This document shows, in pieces, positions 1-6,563 of a stretch of 10,976 bases of DNA (position 1 is the stretch's first letter; every line of letters starts with the position of its first letter). A program made the translations under genes and the position numbers. This stretch comes from Candidatus Heimdallarchaeota archaeon (GTDB taxonomy: Archaea > Asgardarchaeota > Heimdallarchaeia > Heimdallarchaeales > Heimdallarchaeaceae), in the NCBI GenBank assembly GCA_021399395.1, contig JAAFKJ010000195.1, forward strand, positions 1 to 10,976, in the 5' to 3' direction. Below the pieces are notes generated by a model, which saw only the letters and a list, made by a program, of their open reading frames with translations, did not search any database and was not told where the DNA came from.

Positions 1-1
1 T

Positions 2-313
2 AATTTCAAAAGCGTCACTTCTTAGATGTTCATGAGTGAAGGCTAAAGCATCTTCAAAACTCTCTTTTGTTACTTCATTTGCAGCTCTTAATCGTTCCGA
101 AAAAAAAGGTAGAATATCTATTTTAGTATTGAAATGTTTGTTTAACTCTCCTGCTAATAGTACTGTGGTTCTAGATTTTGCTGTACCACCGATAATGATC
201 AAAACATTCGCTATTGGTGGTTGCTCAAGTTTAACAGAAGGTAAGAGCTCAGAAATTTTTTTAAGAGTTTCTTCTAGAACGACCTTCTGTTTATTAGGAT
301 CCCCAATGCTCAT
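2..313 (-). CDS. Universal stress protein (UspA/AANH-fold)-like protein, 5' part; runs off the left edge
   Basis: Hand translation from ATG 313 is open to the window edge: MSIGDPNKQKVVLEETLKKISELLPSVKLEQPPIANVLIIIGGTAKSRTTVLLAGELNKHFNTKIDILPFFSERLRAANEVTKESFEDALAFTHEHLRSDAFEI. NVLIIIGGTAKSRTTVLLAGELNKHFNTKIDIL fits the USP beta1-alpha1-beta2 pattern (xILVxxDGSxxSxxAxxxAxxLAxxxxAxLxLL). Not in the ORF track because the stop lies outside the window. Confidence 0.7.
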   Translation of the reverse strand, partial: MSIGDPNKQKVVLEETLKKISELLPSVKLEQPPIANVLIIIGGTAKSRTTVLLAGELNKHFNTKIDILPFFSERLRAANEVTKESFEDALAFTHEHLRSDAFEI

Positions 314-507
314 TACACTTCACACACAACCTTACCTAAAAAAGCTTTAGCTATGAATGTCAAGTTTTTATTCTTTAAAGAGTTGTAGGCTTGAATTATG
401 AGAACTAAAGCTACCCATGTAACTATTTTTGATTGGAGAATCTTTTATACATCTCTTTGGTATCTTCCCAAGAGACATGTTGATTATTTTTGTTGTTTGT
501 TATGGAA

Positions 508-545
508 AATCTTACCACGTAAATATAAATTTGTGTGGTAAGATT
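508..545. repeat. Inverted repeat / hairpin, 17-bp stem with 4-nt loop
   Basis: AATCTTACCACGTAAAT (508-524) pairs with ATTTGTGTGGTAAGATT (529-545): 15 Watson-Crick pairs plus 2 G-U pairs on the + strand. Confidence 0.85.
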
Positions 546-607
546 CATCGTTGTAGTCAATTCACTTAGAAATCCTATATTCGAGACTTATATTAAACAA
601 AACTCCT

Positions 608-624
608 CGAAAACTATTTATATT
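608..624 (+). promoter_or_regulatory. Archaeal BRE/TATA promoter of the 648 gene (probably leaderless)
   Basis: CGAAAA followed by TTTATATT (617-624), 24-31 nt upstream of ATG 648; no SD motif. Confidence 0.55.
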
Positions 625-647
625 GAGTAAAAGTTTGGTTTCTTTGT

Positions 648-1961
648 ATGAAAATTACAAATAGTAGAACGCAGTTCCTCTTTCTTTTTATGATTCTTTC
701 TTCTTTATTAATGGTTAGTCCAGAAACTAGTCAAGCTGTTGATGCCCCAACTCTACTTACTCCTTCTGATGGAGATAAAATCAATGATCCTACCCCAACT
801 TTCACTTGGAGTATAACTGGAGGTTCAGCAGATTTTATCCATATTGAAGTTGCTTATGATTCTGGTTTCACAAGCATTGCTGATGAATTTCAAGCTCCTG
901 TTTCTTCTTACACAAGTAGTACGGATTATGTAGATGATTTATACTTCTGGCATATTCGCGCCAGAGATTCTTCTACCTTTCTCTGGTCTACCTGGAGTGA
1001 AACTTGGGATTTCTCCATTGACACTACTCCTCCTGGTACTCCATTACTCCAAAGCCCTGGAGCAAATGAACATATAAACAATAACGACCCTTTATATGAC
1101 TGGAATTCTGTCCCATTTGCAAATTACTATAACATTGAAGTAGCTACTGATATCTTCTTCCTTTCAAAAATAATTGATGCAGGGGCAGCTGTCACACAAT
1201 ATGATGGTATCCCTCTTGCTGATGGGACCTATTATTGGCAAGTATCTGCACGAGATGAAGCAGGTAATTGGGGAAATCCTTCCCCTTATAGAACATTTTA
1301 CGTAGATACAGTTGCTCCTTCTTGGCCAGACTCTATCTATCCCCTACCTTCTGCTTATTCTGGTTTTGGGTTTATAACTTTCGTTTGGGCACAATTTGCT
1401 CCAGAAGAAAATCACTATCAATTCCAAATTGGGTATGATTCATTTTTCACTTCAATTCATCTTGATGTAGAAGTAGACATAAATAATCATACTACTCTAT
1501 TTCATGAAGAAGATGTCTATTACTGGCATGTTCGCGCTAGAGATCTAGCAGGTAATTGGGGTGATTGGGGTACAACAAGAACTGTTACAATAGACTTAGT
1601 ATATCCTACAATGAATGAACCTGAAGATATAATCTATACTATTGGCGATACAAACAATTACATCAGTTGGACAGCTATAGATCTAAATGCATTAGATTAT
1701 ATTTTATACCTCAATGATGAGCTAAATAAGACTGGAAGTTGGGAGTCTGGAATTCCAATAATCATTGATGTTGATGGTCTAGATATTGGCACATACAACT
1801 TTACTATAGTAGTAGAAGACAAAGCTGGAAATGAAAAAGTAGATACAGTTATAGTTAATGTAGTTGCTGTGATAAATGAATATGGTAAAATAAGTTACTT
1901 GATCTTCCTTACTTTAGTTATATTACCGATACTCATTAAATTTAGAAAGAAGAGAAAGTAA
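648..1961 (+). CDS. Secreted cell-surface protein: signal peptide, 3 FN3/Ig-like repeats, 1 further Ig-like domain, C-terminal TM anchor
   Basis: N-terminal hydrophobic signal ending SQA. Three ~95-aa repeats ending YFWHIRARD / YYWQVSARDEAGNW / YYWHVRARDLAGNW and DTTPP / DTVAP / DLVYP. Fourth Ig-like domain (ISW...DGLDIGTYNFTIVVEDKAGN..DTVIVNV). Tail is VINEY + hydrophobic helix + KFRKKRK. A 15-bp DNA repeat AGCAGGTAATTGGGG occurs at 1259 and 1547. Confidence 0.85.
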   Translation: MKITNSRTQFLFLFMILSSLLMVSPETSQAVDAPTLLTPSDGDKINDPTPTFTWSITGGSADFIHIEVAYDSGFTSIADEFQAPVSSYTSSTDYVDDLYFWHIRARDSSTFLWSTWSETWDFSIDTTPPGTPLLQSPGANEHINNNDPLYDWNSVPFANYYNIEVATDIFFLSKIIDAGAAVTQYDGIPLADGTYYWQVSARDEAGNWGNPSPYRTFYVDTVAPSWPDSIYPLPSAYSGFGFITFVWAQFAPEENHYQFQIGYDSFFTSIHLDVEVDINNHTTLFHEEDVYYWHVRARDLAGNWGDWGTTRTVTIDLVYPTMNEPEDIIYTIGDTNNYISWTAIDLNALDYILYLNDELNKTGSWESGIPIIIDVDGLDIGTYNFTIVVEDKAGNEKVDTVIVNVVAVINEYGKISYLIFLTLVILPILIKFRKKRK

Positions 1962-1995
1962 TTTCATTTTTATTTCTTGTTTTTTTGTTTTTTTT
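1962..1995 (+). terminator. Oligo-T archaeal terminator
   Basis: Several long T runs directly after the stop codon at 1961. Confidence 0.65.
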
Positions 1996-2036
1996 GACTC
2001 TCTTCTACTTCTTTGGTAGTGTGAAACCGATAATAG

Positions 2037-2264
2037 ATTGCTGAAAGGAATGAAATCAGTGTAGCCCAGGTTTGCTTAGTGTGGGTGATAAATAAAGGTG
2101 CTATCCCAATACCAAAAGCTACGAGTTTAGGCCATTTGAAGGAAAATTTTGCAGCATGTAATTTGCAGCTTTCTGAAGAAGATATTCAAAAAATTGATGA
2201 GATCTCAATCAACAGACGATTCGTACATCCACCAATTGTTTCTCCTAAGGAATGGAAAAAATGA
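2037..2264 (+). pseudogene. Aldo/keto reductase, 3' remnant
   Basis: The frame extends upstream of the listed GTG: IAERNEISVAQVCLVWVINKGAIPIPKATSLGHLKENFAACNLQLSEEDIQKIDEI, the typical AKR C-terminal NADP-binding segment (AQV.L.W....G..PIPK.....L.EN). It is preceded by in-frame TAA TAG (2031-2036), and the catalytic N-terminal part is absent. Confidence 0.85.
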
Positions 2265-2424
2265 AGAATGAAAACTGTTCTTGGAGATTCTGCAATTTAG
2301 TCGAATCTTTTCTTTGCTTGCAATGTTAGGAATACTTACCATCCAAAAGAAACAGTTCGTTACAGTTAAAGAAGAATAGATGTTTTTCTGTAAAATAAGT
2401 AGAGGTTTGGAGAAGTTATATGTT

Positions 2425-3261
2425 TTAATCGATTATTATATTTGGTTCCAGAGCTTCATACAAATTGTAAGGAAGCCCAAGGAACATGTCCTTATTTGAT
2501 AAACCACCCCATCCTATACTACCTGAATCTACAAAGGTTATGTTAGCTTTTTGGGTAACATAAGGTATCGCAGCAGCTCCATAACAGAGACAACTACCAG
2601 TACCGAATTTCCTTAAGAAACCATCCATTATCTTTACGAAAGGGTATTTCGTCATCATCTTAGTTATAAACTTAATCATTGGTTTGTTACTTATTAGTTT
2701 TGAGGCGAATAACCAATTTATGAATTTTAAACTCCTTAAATGTCGTTTTCTTTTTCTCCTCTCTTTCTTAGTTAGAATATCTTCATTTGAAAATAAAGAA
2801 ACTGCAGATATTTCAAGTTGTTTGATATAATCTTTTGTGAAATTTTCTAGTCCTATCACTTCAACTGATTTAGCAATGTTTTCAGGAGTTCCTACCAAAG
2901 TTACAGCATCTGGATTATCAAAAGCACTTTGAAAAGGGTGATTCTTGTTGTTTTTTCCAATATTAAAAATGAAAATACCATGATTCAGTTCATCAAATAA
3001 AGGTACTATATTCATCTCTACGCCTGTTTCGGGCTCTTTTAGTCCTAAATTTACAGGTGACCAGTGACAAACTTTGATAGAATCTTTTGTTACAATTAAC
3101 CCTTCAGAATATTTTTCTGTATTTAGAAGACGGATAGCATCACAATAAGATCTAACGCCAGGATTCTTTATTGTATTGAAATCTTTTGGCAATTCATTTG
3201 CTTTCAAGAACTTTATTCCAATTATCTTTTCGAATCCCACGCTGATTTTATCTTCACTCAT
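2425..3261 (-). CDS. DUF169 (archaeal ArCR/COG2043)-like protein with a basic insertion
   Basis: Family-like motifs in order: IGIKF, YCDAI, VCHWSPVNLGL, PDAVTLVGTP, C..AAAIPY, MFLGLP. SD-like AGGGTG upstream of ATG 3261. Confidence 0.7.
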   Translation of the reverse strand: MSEDKISVGFEKIIGIKFLKANELPKDFNTIKNPGVRSYCDAIRLLNTEKYSEGLIVTKDSIKVCHWSPVNLGLKEPETGVEMNIVPLFDELNHGIFIFNIGKNNKNHPFQSAFDNPDAVTLVGTPENIAKSVEVIGLENFTKDYIKQLEISAVSLFSNEDILTKKERRKRKRHLRSLKFINWLFASKLISNKPMIKFITKMMTKYPFVKIMDGFLRKFGTGSCLCYGAAAIPYVTQKANITFVDSGSIGWGGLSNKDMFLGLPYNLYEALEPNIIID

Positions 3262-3308
3262 AAATTATACACCCTAGTTTTAACATTGATTTTTTACAAT
3301 GGTACAAA

Positions 3309-3327
3309 TAAATGTAATACATTTAAA
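3309..3327 (-). promoter_or_regulatory. Palindromic operator-like site overlapping a TATA box upstream of the DUF169-like gene
   Basis: Perfect 8-1-8 palindrome TAAATGTA-A-TACATTTA (3309-3325) overlapping TTTAAA (3322-3327). Confidence 0.55.
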
Positions 3328-3428
3328 GTTATCGAGGATATTTCTAGGTTCTGAAAATAAATCAACTCTGATGTTTTTTATATTTCTTTTCAGTAAACCT
3401 AACAAGCGATGATATCTGATAATACTAT

Positions 3429-3533
3429 ATGACTCATCTGGTAACTAAATTAGAGCATATTCAAGAATCAGTAATTAGGGAAATGACATGAAAATCGATT
3501 GAAAATGACGCAATAAGCCTATCTCAAGGTATG
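3429..3533 (+). pseudogene. PLP-dependent class I/II aminotransferase, 5' remnant with a nonsense codon
   Basis: Translation from ATG 3429: MTHLVTKLEHIQESVIREMT*KSIENDAISLSQGM. This matches the ESVIREMTR....AINLSQG N-terminus of class I/II aminotransferases. TGA at 3489-3491 lies at the usual Arg position. Similarity stops after SQG, and the frame closes at 3561-3563. Confidence 0.75.
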
Positions 3534-3590
3534 AGTTGGTGCTTGTATTTTAATTATTTATGATTAGGATATATTAATAGTATTCGTCAC

Positions 3591-4163
3591 TTACTCACTA
3601 AATTTCTTGCTTTCTTCTAGCAGTTCTTTGAGTTTTTCCTGTACTCCTTCACGTTTGGATAATCTATCCAATAATTCGTGATTGAGTTGGTCTTTCAACC
3701 TAAGGATCATACTATATGCATCGTCATAATCTTGATCACTAGCGTAAATTAGTTTTGCAATAATGATCTCTTCGGGTATCTGGATGAAAACCTCTCTATC
3801 AAAAACTTTAATCTTTTTCCTATTCAAAAGGGCTTCTTCTTCCAAAAGCCTTGTTGGTACTTTGATGTCTAATCTAAGGAGAATATCTTTGTTCCAGAAA
3901 ATTGAACAATGAGTGCTTTCATTCACTGAATCCAAGATTGCATTATTAGAGACAAGAAAATTGTTGCTTTTCAATCTCTGTTCCAAGGTTTTGAACTTAT
4001 TTTCATCTTTTTCTATAATAATATCAGCAGCAAGTGTGGATCTAGGACGACCATAATAATTTACAGCTATCCCTCCGAACAACACATATTTGACGTCTGA
4101 TTCATTGAAAGCTTCTATGAAATCTTTAATGAAAAACTCAAAATTATTTTCTTCTGCAGTCAT
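3591..4163 (-). CDS. Pol-beta-superfamily nucleotidyltransferase (DUF6036/AbiEii-like)
   Basis: YVLFGGIAVNYYGRPRSTLAAD (GG.A...G.PR.T.DxD motif, first D replaced by A), RLDI strand, and C-terminal PEEIIIAKL....QDYDD motif. Confidence 0.8.
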   Translation of the reverse strand: MTAEENNFEFFIKDFIEAFNESDVKYVLFGGIAVNYYGRPRSTLAADIIIEKDENKFKTLEQRLKSNNFLVSNNAILDSVNESTHCSIFWNKDILLRLDIKVPTRLLEEEALLNRKKIKVFDREVFIQIPEEIIIAKLIYASDQDYDDAYSMILRLKDQLNHELLDRLSKREGVQEKLKELLEESKKFSE

Positions 4164-4368
4164 GATATTGACCTTTCTTGTTTCTTCTATCCCTCAGATA
4201 CAGGTCAATTTTTAGAACTTCTTTCTTGTGAGAATCTGTTTGAAAACTACTCATAAAATCCATTAGTTGACATAGAGCTTTTAGAGTATCCTCTCCTGAT
4301 AGATTCAGTTCTTGGATTCTCCTAATATCAAGTTCAATGTCTTTCTTTCTTCGAGTAGTTACATTCAT
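4144..4368 (-). CDS. Small helical protein (74 aa), putative partner/antitoxin of the nucleotidyltransferase
   Basis: ATG 4368 is preferred over the listed 4413 start because it is preceded by GAGGGT and by TTTTATA ~23-29 nt upstream. Overlaps the NTase start by 20 nt. Sequence is charged and helical-looking. Confidence 0.6.
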   Translation of the reverse strand: MNVTTRRKKDIELDIRRIQELNLSGEDTLKALCQLMDFMSSFQTDSHKKEVLKIDLYLRDRRNKKGQYHDCRRK

Positions 4369-4613
4369 TAAGATACCCTCTACTTCACAGTATAAAATTA
4401 TTCTGCCTTTCAATCCAAGAAACCAAAGTTAAATCAAAATTCAGTTTTTTTTGCTTATAGAATTTGGAAGACCTCTTCTGAATGTAATTTAGAATGAACT
4501 TTCAACTATGTTTATTTGTCAATTAGTATCGTTTTTTAGACTTTCGATAACAAATTCTATTAGTTCACTCTCTTTAGTTGTTACACTTTCATGGTAGATG
4601 TTTGGTTCTACGG

Positions 4614-4634
4614 AAAAGAAAAAAAAGGGAAAAA
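4614..4634 (-). terminator. Oligo-T terminator of the propeller gene
   Basis: The minus strand reads as T runs interrupted by C just after the stop at 4642. Confidence 0.6.
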
Positions 4635-4641
4635 TTTGTTA

Positions 4642-6414
4642 TTATTTCTTTTTAAGTAAAAGACTCACAACAAAGAATATGATTTGTAATCCCAACAATG
4701 ATCCTACAATTGCCAACATTTCATCTGTAATGAAAGGTAATAAATTTGAACTATTGCCAGCAGTTAAATCAATATCTAGGATTATTACTTGTAAATATTC
4801 TATGTTAGAAATCGAGCTTTTACCATATTCATTCTCCGTTATAACTGCATAATAATAGGTTCCATTATCTAGAATGCTATCTTCGAAGAAATTATCTGAT
4901 GTTGAAGCAATTACAGAAAGACTAGACAGAGAAGAAATATGTGCTTCTTCCCGATAGATATGATAATCCTCACCAGCAGCTACCTCTGTCCAAAATATCG
5001 TTGCGTTGCCTGTTATTGTTGGATTTGGTGAGATTGGATATACATGAGGAGCTTGAGGAGGGCCAACATATTTCTTATAGAAGATATCATTGTCAGTTCC
5101 TGCTCCATTTATATCGGTTTGATCAGTCCAAAACACATGATAATACCCATTTCTGTCAAAAGTAATAGCAGGAGAACCCCATACGGTTCCTGATGTACTT
5201 TCAGTTGATATTAGTTGTAGTGAAGTCCATTCACCTGTCAACGAATCTTTATGAGTATACAAAATGTCATAATCTGATCCAGCTTCGAGAATATCTGACA
5301 TATCCACAAAGAACAAATGGATACAGTTAGCAGAGTCTATTGCCATGTAAACATGATGGCTACTTTGGAAACTCTCTGATGAAGCTAGCTCTGTAGGTGA
5401 CCATACACCAGTTTCAGCTGCTTTATATTTGTAAAAAATATCTTTATCTCCAAGTTCGGATCCCATGTAGTCTGAATAATCTTCATAAGCTACATGTATA
5501 TTATCAGCCGAATCAACTGCTAGGAATACATAATCAGAATCATATATTCCTACCGTACATAGGTCTTCTGTAGTTGACCAAGTTGTTGTATCTGCATCGC
5601 GAATCCGATAGAAAATATCGGTATCTAGATCAACATCAAGATTATAGCTGTCTGTCCATGCAACGTGTACATCTCCGGTAGAATCAATTACTAAGTGTGG
5701 GTTAGTTGAATCATCATTGCTAATACTAGATACATCTTCTACTCCACCCCATATGCCTGTAATTGCATCCTTCTTCTTAAGATAAATATCTTTATCACCT
5801 TCGACATCATCATCGGTTAGGTCCTCCCAAGCAACAAAGATGTTCCCATCTTGATCAATTCCGAAAGAAGCATCTACAGCGTCACCTGTGCTCTCGGTCG
5901 AAACAATCTCAGTTGTCCCCCATATACCTGTTGATGCATCTAACATCTTATAGACTATGTCCCAGTCGGCACCACTTCCTAGAATATCAGTATCATCGTT
6001 CCAGATAACATGTAAGTTATCTTCTGTGTCAATTACAATTGAAGGTGCAGCACCATTTGATGTGCTCTCGGTCGAAACAATCTCAGTTGTCCCCCAGGTT
6101 TCAGTAATTACATCCCATTTCTTATAGAAGATGTCATAGCCGGCACCACTACCTAAAATATCAGTTGAATCATGCCATACTAAATGAATGTTGCCTTCTG
6201 AATCTATAACAGGTCTTGGTTGATAAGAATTAGATGTGCTATCATCTGATAAAACCTCTACTTCTCCCCACCACCAATTTGATCTGTCAAAAACATCTGT
6301 TGTTACTTGTTTAACACTATCTGATTGATAATTGGAAGCAAGAACTGAACTATTAGTAACCATTCCAATTACAAATATAGATATTATAAACAAACTTACA
6401 CTTATTTTTCTCAT
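4642..6414 (-). CDS. Secreted acidic 7-repeat beta-propeller-like protein with FN3 domain and C-terminal TM anchor
   Basis: Signal peptide ending VLA. Seven ~58-aa repeats (E.VS.ES....P...ID...N.HV.W.D........D.DIFYK......W). FN3-like domain (IFWTEV...YHIYRE...NGTYYYAVITENEYGKSSISN). TM helix + KKK. Confidence 0.85.
   Translation of the reverse strand: MRKISVSLFIISIFVIGMVTNSSVLASNYQSDSVKQVTTDVFDRSNWWWGEVEVLSDDSTSNSYQPRPVIDSEGNIHLVWHDSTDILGSGAGYDIFYKKWDVITETWGTTEIVSTESTSNGAAPSIVIDTEDNLHVIWNDDTDILGSGADWDIVYKMLDASTGIWGTTEIVSTESTGDAVDASFGIDQDGNIFVAWEDLTDDDVEGDKDIYLKKKDAITGIWGGVEDVSSISNDDSTNPHLVIDSTGDVHVAWTDSYNLDVDLDTDIFYRIRDADTTTWSTTEDLCTVGIYDSDYVFLAVDSADNIHVAYEDYSDYMGSELGDKDIFYKYKAAETGVWSPTELASSESFQSSHHVYMAIDSANCIHLFFVDMSDILEAGSDYDILYTHKDSLTGEWTSLQLISTESTSGTVWGSPAITFDRNGYYHVFWTDQTDINGAGTDNDIFYKKYVGPPQAPHVYPISPNPTITGNATIFWTEVAAGEDYHIYREEAHISSLSSLSVIASTSDNFFEDSILDNGTYYYAVITENEYGKSSISNIEYLQVIILDIDLTAGNSSNLLPFITDEMLAIVGSLLGLQIIFFVVSLLLKKK
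5887..6096. repeat. Exact 36-bp direct repeat within the propeller gene (5887-5922 and 6061-6096)
   Basis: TGTGCTCTCGGTCGAAACAATCTCAGTTGTCCCCCA occurs twice, 174 nt (58 codons) apart; encodes WGTTEIVSTEST. Confidence 0.95.
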
Positions 6415-6437
6415 AATAGCATAATAAGTAGTTTCAT

Positions 6438-6453
6438 ATCTTAAATTTTTTCC
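6438..6453 (-). promoter_or_regulatory. BRE/TATA promoter of the propeller gene (probably leaderless)
   Basis: Minus strand GGAAAAAA-TTTAAGAT, with the TATA 24-31 nt upstream of ATG 6414; no SD. Confidence 0.5.
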
Positions 6454-6563
6454 ATTAATAGTGTAAATATGGCATGATAAACCTTACATGAAGGTCTACT
6501 TTTTGTAACTTCCAAACTCTTTGAGTACAATTTTTCCATCTGATTTCAACAATGTACTGCAGG

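Noticed and set aside
36-350. Listed + strand 104-aa ORF
   Set aside because: Antisense shadow of the USP-like minus-strand frame; no recognisable motifs.
398-548. Short ORFs on both strands across the hairpin (47 aa on +, ~41 aa on -)
   Set aside because: No SD, promoter or family motif; lengths are compatible with chance.
2261-2329. 22-aa Cys-rich ORF (MKNENCSWRFCNLVESFLCLQC) overlapping the AKR stop as ATGA
   Set aside because: Could be a Zn-finger remnant, but it is too short to support.
3489-3491. In-frame TGA as selenocysteine or recoding
   Set aside because: The position corresponds to Arg, not Cys; the gene is truncated anyway, and TGA acts as a stop at the end of the AKR remnant.
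4369-4413. Listed upstream start of the small ORF
   Set aside because: This stretch contains the TATA and SD-like signals for ATG 4368.
4598-5165. + strand ORFs 4598-4852 and 4941-5165
   Set aside because: Antisense to the well-supported propeller gene.
5887-6096. 36-bp repeats as a CRISPR array or DGR template/variable repeat
   Set aside because: Only two copies, in frame inside a CDS at the protein repeat period; 138-nt gap, no adenine-specific mismatches, and no cas or RT gene.
6496-6561. Minus-strand STLLKSDGKIVLKEFGSYKK*, resembling a methyltransferase LKPGG motif remnant
   Set aside because: Only ~20 aa, and the other minus frames are similarly open, so it cannot be told from chance.
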